A DNA stretch of 51,518 nucleotides, taken from NCBI GenBank assembly GCA_021811225.1, contig JAJZPJ010000001.1, positions 1-51,518 on the forward strand. The letters are read 5' to 3'. Of the stretch, positions 11,767-21,887 are shown one piece after another. The stretch's first letter is position 1, and each line of letters opens with the position of its first letter. This DNA comes from Pseudomonadota bacterium (lineage in GTDB: Bacteria; Pseudomonadota; Gammaproteobacteria; Burkholderiales; Rhodocyclaceae). Below the pieces are notes generated by a model. It was not told where the DNA came from, ran no database searches, and saw only the letters and a program-made list of their open reading frames with translations. The position numbers and the translations under genes were made by a program.

Positions 11767-13839
11767 ATGGGCGTTAGCACAGGATCAAGCTACAGACTGG
11801 GGGTCGATGTCGGTGGAACCTTCACCGACCTTCTGCTCATCAACGAGCAAACTGGGGAGACCTATTCGGCGAAAGTTCCTTCGACCCCCAAGGACTCATC
11901 GGTGGGCGTGTTGAACGGCGTCGGCAGGATCTGCGAACAGAACGGGATCGATCCGAAGCGGATCACCCACGTCATGCACGGCACGACGGTCGCTACCAAT
12001 ACCGTGCTCACGAGTTCAGGCGCCCGGGTTGGGCTGGTGACGACCAAGGGCTATCGACAGGTTCTGCAGATCGCCCGCTCATTCGTTCCCGGTGGCTTAG
12101 GCGGATGGGTGATTTACAACAAGCGTCCGCTTCTGGCGCCCCTTGAACTCACCATCGAAGCCGATGAGCGCATGGATGCCAAGGGCAAGGTTATCAAGCC
12201 GCTCGACGAGCCGGCCCTCAGGAAGCATCTGGAAAAGCTCGGCAAGAAGAACATCGAGGCGCTGACGGTTTCCCTCGTCAATGCCTATGCCGACGGCGCG
12301 CATGAGCGGCGGATACGAGAGATCGCGGCAGAAGTCATGCCGGAGATTCCCGTTTCGATCTCTTCCGAGATCATGCCCGAGATGTGCGAATACGAGAGGA
12401 CGGAGACCACCGTCGTCAACTCCTATGTCCGCCCGGTTGTTTCCCGCTACATCGCCAATTTGCATCGCGAACTCGATGCCAAGATGCCCGGGGTAAAGCT
12501 CCACATCCTACGTTCCGACGGCGGCCTGGCCTCAGTTGAAGCCTCCGCCAACAATCCGGTTAACCTGCTCATGAGCGGTCCGGCGGGAGGTGTCTCGGGG
12601 GCACTTTGGATTGCGCGACAATCGGGATTCAAGAACCTCCTCACCTTCGACATGGGCGGGACATCGACGGACGTCGCCCTGATTCAAGATGAGGTTGCGC
12701 AGACCCGTCGCGAGACACGGGTCGCCGATGTCACGGTGCGCGCGCCGTCGATCGACGTGCGCACGGTCGGCGCAGGCGGCGGCTCCATCGCCTATGTGCC
12801 GGAACTGACCAAGGCTTTGCGGGTCGGCCCGCAAAGCGCGGGCGCCGACCCCGGGCCCGCGGCCTATATGAAGGGTGGCGACAAGCCGACCGTTACCGAC
12901 GCCATCGTGGTCCTGGGCTACCTGCCGGTTTCTTCCCGACTCGGCGGCGACATGAGGATAGACAAGTCGCTCGCCGAGAAGGCGGTCGCCACCATCGCCG
13001 AACCGCTCGGCAAGTCGGTGAAGGAATCGGCCGAGGGCATCATCAATATCGTCAATGAGAACATGTTCGGTGCCCTGCGTCTGGTGTCGATCGAGCAAGG
13101 CTACGACCCGCGCGACTTCGCGCTGATCGCCTTCGGTGGCGCCGGCCCCTTGCACGCCAACGCGCTGGGCAAGTTGATGGGCTCCTGGCCGGTGATCATT
13201 CCACCGGCGCCGGGCGTCCTGTGTGCTTATGGAGATGCCACGACGCGTCTGCGCGATGAGGCTTCGCGTACCTACGTGCGCAGGTTCACCGAGACCTCTG
13301 ACGCCGAGGTTCTCGACATGCTCGACGATCTGGAGGGCATCGCCCGTCGGACCTTGATTGCCGAAGGTGTTTCGACAGAGAGCCAGACGACCGAATATCA
13401 GGTCGATCTGCGCTACCGTGGTCAAGGGATGCGCCTGACGATCAGCGTTACGCGTGAGGAGTTTGTCGACGCAGGCCTGGAGGGAATCGCCAAGCGCTTC
13501 GATGAGATGCACACCCAGTTGTTCACTTTCGCGCTCGATGCGCCCCACGAAGTGGTCAATCTTCGCGCCGTGGTGCAGGGACCGGAGACCCTGGTGCGGG
13601 CCGAGCAACTGAAGCAGGGTGGGACCGACGCGGCGGCTGCGATCGTGGAGCAGACGACCTTGTTCGTGGACGGTAAGGATCACCCGGCCAAGATCTATGA
13701 TCGCGCCAAGCTACTCGCCGGTAACCGGATTTCCGGACCGGCGATCGTCAGTCAGATGGACACCACTACCCTGATCCTTCCCGGGCATACCGGCGAAGTG
13801 GATGCGGTGGGCAATATTCTGATTCGCCCCAACGTCTGA
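11767..13839 (+). CDS. hydantoinase/oxoprolinase family, A (HyuA-like) subunit
   Basis: ATG 11767 follows ACGGAGGA. YRLGVDVGGTFTDLLL, FDMGGTSTDV and TVGAGGGSIA are the ASKHA-fold ATPase motifs of Hydantoinase_A. The first 93 codons of the track ORF overlap the previous gene. Confidence 0.92.
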   Translation: MGVSTGSSYRLGVDVGGTFTDLLLINEQTGETYSAKVPSTPKDSSVGVLNGVGRICEQNGIDPKRITHVMHGTTVATNTVLTSSGARVGLVTTKGYRQVLQIARSFVPGGLGGWVIYNKRPLLAPLELTIEADERMDAKGKVIKPLDEPALRKHLEKLGKKNIEALTVSLVNAYADGAHERRIREIAAEVMPEIPVSISSEIMPEMCEYERTETTVVNSYVRPVVSRYIANLHRELDAKMPGVKLHILRSDGGLASVEASANNPVNLLMSGPAGGVSGALWIARQSGFKNLLTFDMGGTSTDVALIQDEVAQTRRETRVADVTVRAPSIDVRTVGAGGGSIAYVPELTKALRVGPQSAGADPGPAAYMKGGDKPTVTDAIVVLGYLPVSSRLGGDMRIDKSLAEKAVATIAEPLGKSVKESAEGIINIVNENMFGALRLVSIEQGYDPRDFALIAFGGAGPLHANALGKLMGSWPVIIPPAPGVLCAYGDATTRLRDEASRTYVRRFTETSDAEVLDMLDDLEGIARRTLIAEGVSTESQTTEYQVDLRYRGQGMRLTISVTREEFVDAGLEGIAKRFDEMHTQLFTFALDAPHEVVNLRAVVQGPETLVRAEQLKQGGTDAAAAIVEQTTLFVDGKDHPAKIYDRAKLLAGNRISGPAIVSQMDTTTLILPGHTGEVDAVGNILIRPNV

Positions 13840-13861
13840 ACAACTGCGACGAGGACCCGTC

Positions 13862-15745
13862 ATGCCAGCCACCATCGTTCAAACCAACAACGCGCCTTTC
13901 AAGGACGTCAAGCTTGATTCCATTACCCTCGACATCATCGAGAATGCCCTGCGCAATGCGCGAGCAGAGATGGATGCGGTGCTCTTTCGCACCGCCATGT
14001 CCCCAGGAATCCGCGAGCAGCACGACGCCTTCCCGATGATCGCCAACAACGAAGGAAAGATGGTCGTCGGCCAGTTCGGCTCTTTCATCCACGGCTTCGT
14101 TCAGGGCTACGAGGGCACGATTGAAGAGGGTGACGTCTTCCTGACCAACGATCCCTATTCCTGCAATGGCGCCGTCAGTCATCTCAACGACTGGCTGACC
14201 TTGATGCCGGTATTCCACGACGGCCGCATCGTCAGCTGGGCGGCCATGTTTGGACACATGACCGACATCGGCGGGAAGGTACCGGGTAGCCTGCCTACAG
14301 ATGCCGCTCAGATTTTCGAAGAGGGGTTCCAGATTCCGCCGATCAAGCTGATCCGCAAGGGTGAACTGAATCGCGAAGTGCTGGAGATGATCCTGCGTAA
14401 CTGCCGCATGCCGGAATGGAACCGCTCCGATTTGAACGCCATAATCGCCGCGCTGCGCCTTGCCGAGCGGCGGGTGCACGAGATCGTCGAACGCTTCGGG
14501 GTGGACAATTACATCGCCGCCATGTACGAGATGCTCGACCGAAACAAGCGTGCGATGAGTGCCATCATCAAGATGGTGGTGCCGGAGAAGAAGGCCTACT
14601 TCGAGGACTATATCGACGACGATGGCCTGGGCATGGGTCCCTACAAGGTTGCCTGCAGCCTTTGGCGGGAGGGCGATGTCGCCCACTTCGATTTTGAGGG
14701 AACCGATCCGCAGTCGATTAGTTCGGTGAACTTCTACCTCAACGAGGAGATGTTCAAGATGTTCCTGGGGGCTTTCTTCATCAACCTGTTTGATCCGCAG
14801 ATCCTGTTCAACGACGGCTTCTATGAACTGGTCAGCGTGCGCATTCCGGACGGCTGCATTTTGAAGCCTAAGCGTCCGGCCGCACTCTCCTGCCGCACTC
14901 ACCTGCTCGGCCGTATCTTCGACATCATGGGCGGGCTCCTGGGCCAGGGGGCGCCAGAGGCTTTGAACGCCGCCGGATTCTCCGACAGCCCGCACCTCAT
15001 GTACTCAGGCTACGACCGGAATGGCGAGTGGTACCAGTTGTTCCAGATCGGCTTCGGCGGCATCCCCGGCCGTCCTTCTGGCGACGGCCCCGATGGTCAC
15101 TCACTCTGGCCCTCATTCACCAATGTGCCGAACGAATTTCTCGAGAGCTATTTCCCGTTGCGTATCATGGCCTACGAGTCGATTGCAGACTCCGGCGGCC
15201 CCGGCCAGCATCGCGGCGGCAATGGCGTGTGTACCGCTTATGAATTCCTCGAGACCGGGGAAATCTCGATTCATGACGACCGCTGGCTGACCTACCCCTG
15301 GGGCGTCAATGCCGGCCTTCCGGGTGGGCGCAGCAACAAACTCCTGGTGCGGAAGGATGGCTCGCAAGCGCATCTCCCATCGAAATGCGACCGGGTCAAG
15401 GTTCACGAGGGAGACATCCTCTATTACAACACCTGGGGTGGCGGTGGCTGGGGCGATCCCCTGAAGCGGCCGGCAGAAATGGTGGCTCAGGATTGCGAGC
15501 GCGGCCTGGTCACTGTCGCGGGCGCCCGTCGCTATGGCGTGGTGGTCAGCGAAGACTTCACGCTGGATCAGGCCGCCACGGCAGAACTGCGCCAGCAGAT
15601 GAGCACAGAGCGCAAGGAGGCGCCGCTGTTCAATCGCGGTGGCACGATCGAAGAACTGAAAGCCCGGTGCAAGGAGGAAACAACTTTCGAACCTCCGCGC
15701 ACGCCAGTCTTCGCCAACTGGATGCGTTCGAAGGCCGCGGTTTGA
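13862..15745 (+). CDS. hydantoinase/oxoprolinase family, B (HyuB-like) subunit
   Basis: LDSITLDIIENALRNARAEMDAVLFRTAMSPGIREQHDAFPMI and GGGGWGDPLKRPAEMVAQD are typical Hydantoinase_B N- and C-terminal signatures. Confidence 0.92.
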   Translation: MPATIVQTNNAPFKDVKLDSITLDIIENALRNARAEMDAVLFRTAMSPGIREQHDAFPMIANNEGKMVVGQFGSFIHGFVQGYEGTIEEGDVFLTNDPYSCNGAVSHLNDWLTLMPVFHDGRIVSWAAMFGHMTDIGGKVPGSLPTDAAQIFEEGFQIPPIKLIRKGELNREVLEMILRNCRMPEWNRSDLNAIIAALRLAERRVHEIVERFGVDNYIAAMYEMLDRNKRAMSAIIKMVVPEKKAYFEDYIDDDGLGMGPYKVACSLWREGDVAHFDFEGTDPQSISSVNFYLNEEMFKMFLGAFFINLFDPQILFNDGFYELVSVRIPDGCILKPKRPAALSCRTHLLGRIFDIMGGLLGQGAPEALNAAGFSDSPHLMYSGYDRNGEWYQLFQIGFGGIPGRPSGDGPDGHSLWPSFTNVPNEFLESYFPLRIMAYESIADSGGPGQHRGGNGVCTAYEFLETGEISIHDDRWLTYPWGVNAGLPGGRSNKLLVRKDGSQAHLPSKCDRVKVHEGDILYYNTWGGGGWGDPLKRPAEMVAQDCERGLVTVAGARRYGVVVSEDFTLDQAATAELRQQMSTERKEAPLFNRGGTIEELKARCKEETTFEPPRTPVFANWMRSKAAV

Positions 15746-15747
15746 AC

Positions 15748-16686
15748 ATGCCCGATCGCATCCAGATCAATGAGGTGAGCCCGCGGGACGGGCTGCAGAA
15801 TCAGGTCGTGCATTTGTCGCTCGACGAGAAGCTTGAACTCATCGATGCCCTGGTCGCGGCGGGGCTCACGGCGATCGAGGCCACCAGCTTCGTCTCGCCG
15901 AAAGCCGTGCCGCAGCTGGCCGACGCAGATCAACTCTTCCCGAGGCTGCCTCGCCCGGAACGCGTCAGCTATTCGGCGCTGGTGCCGAATGTGCGCGGCC
16001 TCGAGCGCGCCCTGACAGCGGGGGTTCGCGAGATTGCCGTGGTCCTGTCGGCCACCGATACCATGAACCGGCGCAACATCAATATGTCGCTCGGCGAGGC
16101 GCGCCAGGCTTGCATCGACGTGATGACGGCGGCAGGCGCAAGGGGCTTGCGGAAAAAGGCCTATGTGGCCGTTGCCTTCACTTGCCCCTTCGAGGGAAAG
16201 GTGGCCCCTGGCCGCGTGATCGAGCTTGCCGACGAGATGTTCGCCAACGGAGCCGACGAGGTGGTGATCGCCGACACTATTGGCGCCGCCAATCCGCGCG
16301 AGGTTTCCTCCTTGCTCGCGGACTGTGTCGAACGATTCGGGGCAGGATGTTTGGCAGCGCACTTCCATGACACGCGAGGCTTTGCCTTGGCGAATGCCTG
16401 GGCGGCGCTGACAGCGGGCGTCAGGCGCTTCGATGCCAGCATCGGCGGCTTGGGCGGTTGTCCCTTTGCACCGGGGGCGGCCGGCAACCTGGCGACCGAA
16501 GATTTGGTGCTGATGACGGAGCAATGCGGCTTTGAGACCGGCGTCGATGTAGCCAAGCTACGTCTGGCGGTGGCCATCGCCGAACGCCTTGTGCAAAGGT
16601 CGCTGGGAGGCAGGACAACGGCTTGGCTTCAGGCCCAAGATTTGAAGGAGCAGTGCCGGCGCGACAACGCCGGCGCTGCGTTTTAG
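15748..16686 (+). CDS. HMG-CoA-lyase-family (HMGL-like) acyl-CoA lyase
   Basis: ATG 15748 is 2 nt after the HyuB stop. INEVSPRDGLQN, HFHDTRGFALANAWAALTAGVRRFDASIGGLGGCPFAPGAAGNLATEDLV. Confidence 0.9.
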   Translation: MPDRIQINEVSPRDGLQNQVVHLSLDEKLELIDALVAAGLTAIEATSFVSPKAVPQLADADQLFPRLPRPERVSYSALVPNVRGLERALTAGVREIAVVLSATDTMNRRNINMSLGEARQACIDVMTAAGARGLRKKAYVAVAFTCPFEGKVAPGRVIELADEMFANGADEVVIADTIGAANPREVSSLLADCVERFGAGCLAAHFHDTRGFALANAWAALTAGVRRFDASIGGLGGCPFAPGAAGNLATEDLVLMTEQCGFETGVDVAKLRLAVAIAERLVQRSLGGRTTAWLQAQDLKEQCRRDNAGAAF

Positions 16687-16700
16687 GGAGAATCAAGGTG

Positions 16701-17684
16701 ATGAGACGATTGGGCAGGGTCTTGTCCTCGATCATGCCGTTCGCGATCATCGGTGGACTGCTCTATGCCGGCATTTTCGTCAAGCCGAAAGCCACGGGAG
16801 ACAGCGTTGAGCCGCCGGTACTCCAGCCTCGCGATGCCTTCTATGGCATCGCCGTTCCTGATGATAAGGTCATCTGGGCGGTAGGCCGTGGCGGCAAGGT
16901 GGTGCGCAGCGAGGATGCCGGCGCGCACTGGATTAGCCAGAAAACCCCGTCACGCCAGAGCCTGCAGTCCTTGATCGCCTGGGACGCCCGGCGCGCCTTC
17001 GCCGTTGGCAATCAGATGACCGTCTTGCACACCGAAGACGGCGGCAAGAAGTGGTCGGCGCTGGCCGGATTTGCCCAGGCCGGCGAAGTACAGAAACTGA
17101 TTCGGGCAAGGTCTGGGGCTGGCGGAAATGCCTGGATAGTGGGCGAAATGGGCAGCATCTTCGCCACTGCCGACTATGGCCAGACCTGGGTCAGACTCGG
17201 CAAGCGGGAGGACCTCGCGTGGAACGATATCGCCGCTCACGGCGCCTGGCTCACGGTGGTTGGCGAATTCGGCCACATCCGGTTGTCGGAGGACGGTGGG
17301 GCGAACTGGAAGGAGGTTGCGAGCCCGGTGAAATCCAGCCTGTGCGCGGTCATGTATCGCGATGAGCGCAATGGCGTGGCGGTCGGACTGGAGGGCGTGA
17401 TCCTGGTGACCAAGGACGGCGGCCGGACTTGGAGCAAGGTCGCCTCCGGCACCGCCGAACACCTCTACGATGTGGCCTGGACCGGCCAGCGTTGGGTCGC
17501 GGTAGGAGACCAGGGTCTCATTCTGACTGCAGAAGACCCCTCCGATGCTTGGCTCGTGCGCAGCATCTCAGAACGCAGCTATGCCTGGCATACCGGTCTT
17601 GTCAGTCGTGGCGATCGCCTCTACGTGGCCGGGGCTACGCTGGCCATGATCGATTCAAAGAATAAGGTTCAGACCTTCAAATGA
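16701..17684 (+). CDS. signal-anchored BNR/Ycf48-like beta-propeller protein
   Basis: ATG 16701 (or GTG 16698) follows GGGAG. It has an N-terminal hydrophobic anchor and then repeated S-x-D-x-G-x-x-W motifs (SEDAGAHW, TEDGGKKW, TADYGQTW, SEDGGANW, TKDGGRTW). Confidence 0.82.
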   Translation: MRRLGRVLSSIMPFAIIGGLLYAGIFVKPKATGDSVEPPVLQPRDAFYGIAVPDDKVIWAVGRGGKVVRSEDAGAHWISQKTPSRQSLQSLIAWDARRAFAVGNQMTVLHTEDGGKKWSALAGFAQAGEVQKLIRARSGAGGNAWIVGEMGSIFATADYGQTWVRLGKREDLAWNDIAAHGAWLTVVGEFGHIRLSEDGGANWKEVASPVKSSLCAVMYRDERNGVAVGLEGVILVTKDGGRTWSKVASGTAEHLYDVAWTGQRWVAVGDQGLILTAEDPSDAWLVRSISERSYAWHTGLVSRGDRLYVAGATLAMIDSKNKVQTFK

Positions 17685-20080
17685 CGTCTCCCGAATTATC
17701 CAAGGCCCCCGAGTCCAAGGTCGCCCGCTTCGTTCGCTTTTGCATCAGGCAGCGACTCGCGGTCGTACTCGTGATGGGCGTGCTGACCGCGGTGTTTGCC
17801 CTGCTCGCGGTGCAAATCGAGATCAAGACGGTCTTCGACGACCAGTTGCCGCAGAACCATCCCTACATCAAGGTGAACGACCAGTTCAAGCAGACCTTCG
17901 GCAGCTCCAACATGGTCAGCATCATGCTGGAGGTGAAGGACGGCGATATTTTCCAGCCGTCCGTGCTGAAGAAGATCCAGAAGGTCACTCAGGAGTTGCA
18001 ACTCGTCGATGGGGTGAACCAGTTTCAGATCATCTCACTGGCGGCAAAGAAACTGAAGGAGATCCGAGCGTCGACCGAAGGCATCGACATCAAGCCGCTG
18101 ATGTGGCCCAAGGTTCCGAAAACGCAAGGCGAAATCGATAAGCTTAAGGACGCGGTCCTGAGGAACCCGCTTGTCTACGGCACCTATGTATCCGCGGACC
18201 TAAAGGCAGCTCTGGTGACGGTCGATTTCTATGATAATGAAATTAATTACAAAAAAATCTATGACCAGATCGGCGCCATCACACGCTCCGTCGCCGGGGA
18301 CGGAGTTACGGTGCGCGTTGTTGGCGAGCCTATCCTCTATGGTTGGGTAAGGCATTACCTGCCCGAGACCGGGCGAATTTTTTTGGTTACGCTAGTTGCG
18401 TTGATCGCGCTGTTGTTCCTGACGGCGAGGACTTGGCGCGGCACCTTGCTGCCGCTCCTGGCCGGTGTCGTCAGCTCCATCTGGGCGCTAGGCGCGGCCC
18501 GACTGCTGGGATTCCATTTGGATCCCTTGGTGATCGTGGTGGCCTTCCTGATCACCGCCCGAGCGATCTCCCATTCGGTGCAACTGGTTACCCATTACGA
18601 CGACGAGCTCGCCGCGGGGGCAGAGAATTCAGCGGCGGCGGCGACCGCCGCCATGTACGCCCTGTTCAAGCCGGGGATGCTCGGTGTCGTTGCCGATGCG
18701 GGCTGCATGATCGTCGTGATTCTGACTCCCATCCCGCTGCTGCAGAAGGTCGCCATGATCGGCACGGTCTGGGTTCTGACGATTGCGATCAGCGCCGTCG
18801 TGCTGACCCCGGTGTTGTTGTCCTGGATCAAGAGACCCAACCAGTTCGCCCATCCGATCAACGTGCGTCCCATGATGGAGCGCCTGCTCGGCGGTTGCGT
18901 GCGCATTGCCAGCACGCGTATGCGCTATGTCGTGGTCGCGGCGACCGCGGTGATTTTCGTGGTATCGGGCATTTACGCCTTCAAGCTGAAGGTCGGTGAT
19001 GCCAATCCCGGTTCCCCCATCCTTTGGGGCGACTCGACCTACAATCAGGACGCTGCCGCCATCAATCAGCGTTTCCAGGGGGCAGACCGGATGTTTGTGG
19101 TCTTCTCGGGGGACAAGACCGATGCGTTGAAGGAGCCGGCCGCCCTGCAGAGCATGGCCGCTTTCCAGGCGTACATGGAGAATCAGCCCGGGGTGGGCGG
19201 TACGCTGTCCATGGCCGACATCGTGCCGATCATGAACCGCATTCTGCACGAGGGTAATCCGCGCTACGAGGAACTAGGCACGAGTTTCGTCGAGAACGGC
19301 GAGATCATGTATCTGTTCACCTCAGGCACCGACCCCGGCGACATCGACCGCCTAGTCGATCCGCAATACAAGAATGCCTCGGTCACCATCCTGTTCCGGG
19401 ATCACCAGGGCGAGACCATCCGCTCGGCCATTTCGCACGTCGAGGACTTCGTCGCCGCGCACCCGGACAGCACCGTCAAGATTCGGCTGGCGGGCGGCTT
19501 GATTGGCGTGCTGGCCGCGGTCAATGAAATCATCTTGTCGAAACAGATTGAGAGCATAGCCTTGGCCTTGCTGGTGCTGGTGCTCTGCTGCGCGGTGGCC
19601 TACCGTTCGCTCGCCGCCGGCCTGTTCTTCATGGTGCCGGTGCTGCTCTCCAACACCCTTACTTTCAGCTTCATGGCCTGGAAGGGGATAGGCATGAACA
19701 TCAACACCCTGCCGATCGCGGCCTTGGGCATAGGGCTCGGCGTTGATTATTCTTTTTATGTGGTTGATGAGATTCGCGAGGAACTTCGTCGCGGAGAGCC
19801 CTTGTTCAAGGCTATCGAACTTTCCTTGATGAGCGCCGGCCGTGGCGTACTGATCACCGCTGCGACCCTGATTACCAGCGTGGTCATCTGGTACCTGTCC
19901 TCAATTCGATTCCAGGCAGAGATGGGGATACTCATGGCCTTGTGGCTGTTCATTTCGGCGGCGACATCCCTGCTGGTCATGCCCGCTTTGGTGGTCTTGC
20001 TAAAGCCCAAATTTATTTTTGAGTCGGTGGGCAAGTCGGGGCCGAGCCGAAATACGGCCATGCTCCAGGAAGCGATGTAA
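17681..20080 (+). CDS. RND-superfamily MMPL/HpnN-like permease
   Basis: ATGA overlap with the previous gene. 799 aa with two blocks of about six helices, each preceded by a large soluble loop. No membrane-fusion or TolC-type partner is encoded nearby. Confidence 0.85.
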   Translation: MTSPELSKAPESKVARFVRFCIRQRLAVVLVMGVLTAVFALLAVQIEIKTVFDDQLPQNHPYIKVNDQFKQTFGSSNMVSIMLEVKDGDIFQPSVLKKIQKVTQELQLVDGVNQFQIISLAAKKLKEIRASTEGIDIKPLMWPKVPKTQGEIDKLKDAVLRNPLVYGTYVSADLKAALVTVDFYDNEINYKKIYDQIGAITRSVAGDGVTVRVVGEPILYGWVRHYLPETGRIFLVTLVALIALLFLTARTWRGTLLPLLAGVVSSIWALGAARLLGFHLDPLVIVVAFLITARAISHSVQLVTHYDDELAAGAENSAAAATAAMYALFKPGMLGVVADAGCMIVVILTPIPLLQKVAMIGTVWVLTIAISAVVLTPVLLSWIKRPNQFAHPINVRPMMERLLGGCVRIASTRMRYVVVAATAVIFVVSGIYAFKLKVGDANPGSPILWGDSTYNQDAAAINQRFQGADRMFVVFSGDKTDALKEPAALQSMAAFQAYMENQPGVGGTLSMADIVPIMNRILHEGNPRYEELGTSFVENGEIMYLFTSGTDPGDIDRLVDPQYKNASVTILFRDHQGETIRSAISHVEDFVAAHPDSTVKIRLAGGLIGVLAAVNEIILSKQIESIALALLVLVLCCAVAYRSLAAGLFFMVPVLLSNTLTFSFMAWKGIGMNINTLPIAALGIGLGVDYSFYVVDEIREELRRGEPLFKAIELSLMSAGRGVLITAATLITSVVIWYLSSIRFQAEMGILMALWLFISAATSLLVMPALVVLLKPKFIFESVGKSGPSRNTAMLQEAM

Positions 20081-20139
20081 AGCCAGGGTCGCTGGCAATT
20101 TCAGCGGCACTTTCGCATTTCAAAGGAAGGAGTCAAGAC

Positions 20140-21861
20140 ATGGGGCAAGATCAGAAGTTGGCAACAGCACTTCGGCCGGTGATCCTCGCGGTGTTGGCGG
20201 CGGCATGGAGCGGGGCGTCATACGGTGCCGATGGGGGCAACAAGATCCCCGAGAGCCAGCCGTCATTGAGTGCCGATGGGGACAACATTATTCCGGAGAG
20301 CCGGTTCCATCTGGGCGGTTATGTTCGCGGCGCGGCATCAATGAACCTCCAGGACCAGCCGGAAACGACGGGCAACGACAAGGGCAAGCTCTCGATGCTG
20401 AGGGGCACCGTGCTGCTCGACGCGGACTACAAAGCCAGCACGACCGCACAATTCAAGGTCATTGCCCGGGCTGATCGCGAAGACAATACCAGCTACCTGC
20501 AGTCGCTCGCGGCGCCTCCAAGCCAGAAGCCGGCCGGATCGACTGCGGTGGTCTTTAATACCAACGGCGGCGGCGGCGTCGGCGGCCTCATGAATATGTA
20601 CAATCAGGCCGACCTACGTGAATTATGGGGCCAGTTCGATCTGAACGACAGGGTGAGGATCAAGCTCGGCAAGCAGCAAATCGTCTGGGGCGAGAGCGAC
20701 TTCTTTCGCGCCATGGATATCGTGGAGGGCTTCGACTACAGCTGGCGCTCCTTCCTCGAGGTGGAGAACGAGGAACTGCGCAAGCCGCTGATCATGGGTC
20801 GGATGATGATTCAGGTGCCCGAGGCCAATGGTTCCGTCGATGCCTATGTTCGACCCGGCTGGGACCGTGATCGTGACATCGGCAACACCTATGATCTCGC
20901 CGGTGGTCGCTGGGCCGCCCAACCGACCCGCGGCGCGAGCTTCCTCTATGCCACCGGCTATAACTACCATAGTAAGGGCGCAGATGTCCGCGACCCGACG
21001 GGCGGCATCCGCTGGCAGGGGATGGCGGGCGAGATCAACTACTCGGTCGCGCTGGCCAACACCTTCAATAATGACCCGGTCGCCAATCCGTGCCCGAGCA
21101 CCTTGGCGATTTTGGGGAGCAAGGGTGCACAAGTCTTCAAGCAGGCTCCTATCAACTGCGGCTTCGGCAGCAAGGACCCCTACGGCAATCCCTTACAGTT
21201 TGGCGACTGGATATTTCCCAAGACCAGCATCCTGGGGATGACCGCATCGGGATATTCCAACGCCATGGATGCGGTGTTGTCGACGGAAATCGTGTTCCAG
21301 AAGGACCGCGCCTTCAACTACGGCTTCATCGATGGAAAATTCGGACCCAACATAACGCCGGGGGCGTTCGGCATCATCCAGAAGAACACCCTGACGACCA
21401 TGTTCCGCATCGACAAGAACATCGACCTGACCGGCATCATCGGCACCAGCCGACCTTCCTTCGGTTCGCTGCAATTCTTCAACACCCGCATCCTGGGCTT
21501 CGACAAGAGCGATGAGATCGTACAACTGGCCTACTGGGACCGCGCCCGTTCCCGCGACTCGGCGATGTTGACCGCCATCCTGGGCATGAACTACAGCAAC
21601 GACCGCATCAATCCTTCGATCGCGGCAGGCTGGGACATGAGCTACGGCGGCGGCTTCTTCATTCCGTCCGTCGAGTGGGTGCTGGGCGACAACTGGCGCG
21701 TGAAGGGCGAACTGGATCTGTTCTATGCCGGAGGCAACACCAAGAACTACTACCTCAGCCCAACCACCGGCGCCTTTGACCGCCAGGGCAGCAGCGCGGG
21801 CTTGATGGGCTACTTCGCGAACTCCGACCAGCTCGCGGTCCGCGTGACGCGCCAGTTCTGA
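20140..21861 (+). CDS. DUF1302-family outer-membrane (beta-barrel-like) protein
   Basis: Signal peptide (AVLAAAWSGASYGADG), LGKQQIVWGESDFFRAMD, and a C-terminal aromatic residue (RVTRQF). The RBS is AAGGAAGGAG. Confidence 0.8.
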   Translation: MGQDQKLATALRPVILAVLAAAWSGASYGADGGNKIPESQPSLSADGDNIIPESRFHLGGYVRGAASMNLQDQPETTGNDKGKLSMLRGTVLLDADYKASTTAQFKVIARADREDNTSYLQSLAAPPSQKPAGSTAVVFNTNGGGGVGGLMNMYNQADLRELWGQFDLNDRVRIKLGKQQIVWGESDFFRAMDIVEGFDYSWRSFLEVENEELRKPLIMGRMMIQVPEANGSVDAYVRPGWDRDRDIGNTYDLAGGRWAAQPTRGASFLYATGYNYHSKGADVRDPTGGIRWQGMAGEINYSVALANTFNNDPVANPCPSTLAILGSKGAQVFKQAPINCGFGSKDPYGNPLQFGDWIFPKTSILGMTASGYSNAMDAVLSTEIVFQKDRAFNYGFIDGKFGPNITPGAFGIIQKNTLTTMFRIDKNIDLTGIIGTSRPSFGSLQFFNTRILGFDKSDEIVQLAYWDRARSRDSAMLTAILGMNYSNDRINPSIAAGWDMSYGGGFFIPSVEWVLGDNWRVKGELDLFYAGGNTKNYYLSPTTGAFDRQGSSAGLMGYFANSDQLAVRVTRQF

Positions 21862-21887
21862 ATCCCAGACTTGATTAAGGAGATAAC

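Noticed and set aside
11767-15745. Acetone or acetophenone carboxylase as the identity of the HyuA/HyuB pair, given that a sigma-54 activator is also typical for acx operons.
   Set aside because: No small gamma-subunit gene follows, since the HMGL-like gene starts 2 nt after HyuB. The subunit sizes (690 and 627 aa) fit hydantoinase/oxoprolinase-type enzymes better. It is kept only as an alternative hypothesis.
20093-20107. Second sigma-54 promoter (TGGCAATTTCAGCGG) in front of the DUF1302 gene.
   Set aside because: The GG to GC spacing is wrong (8 nt instead of 10), and no TTGC -12 element is present.
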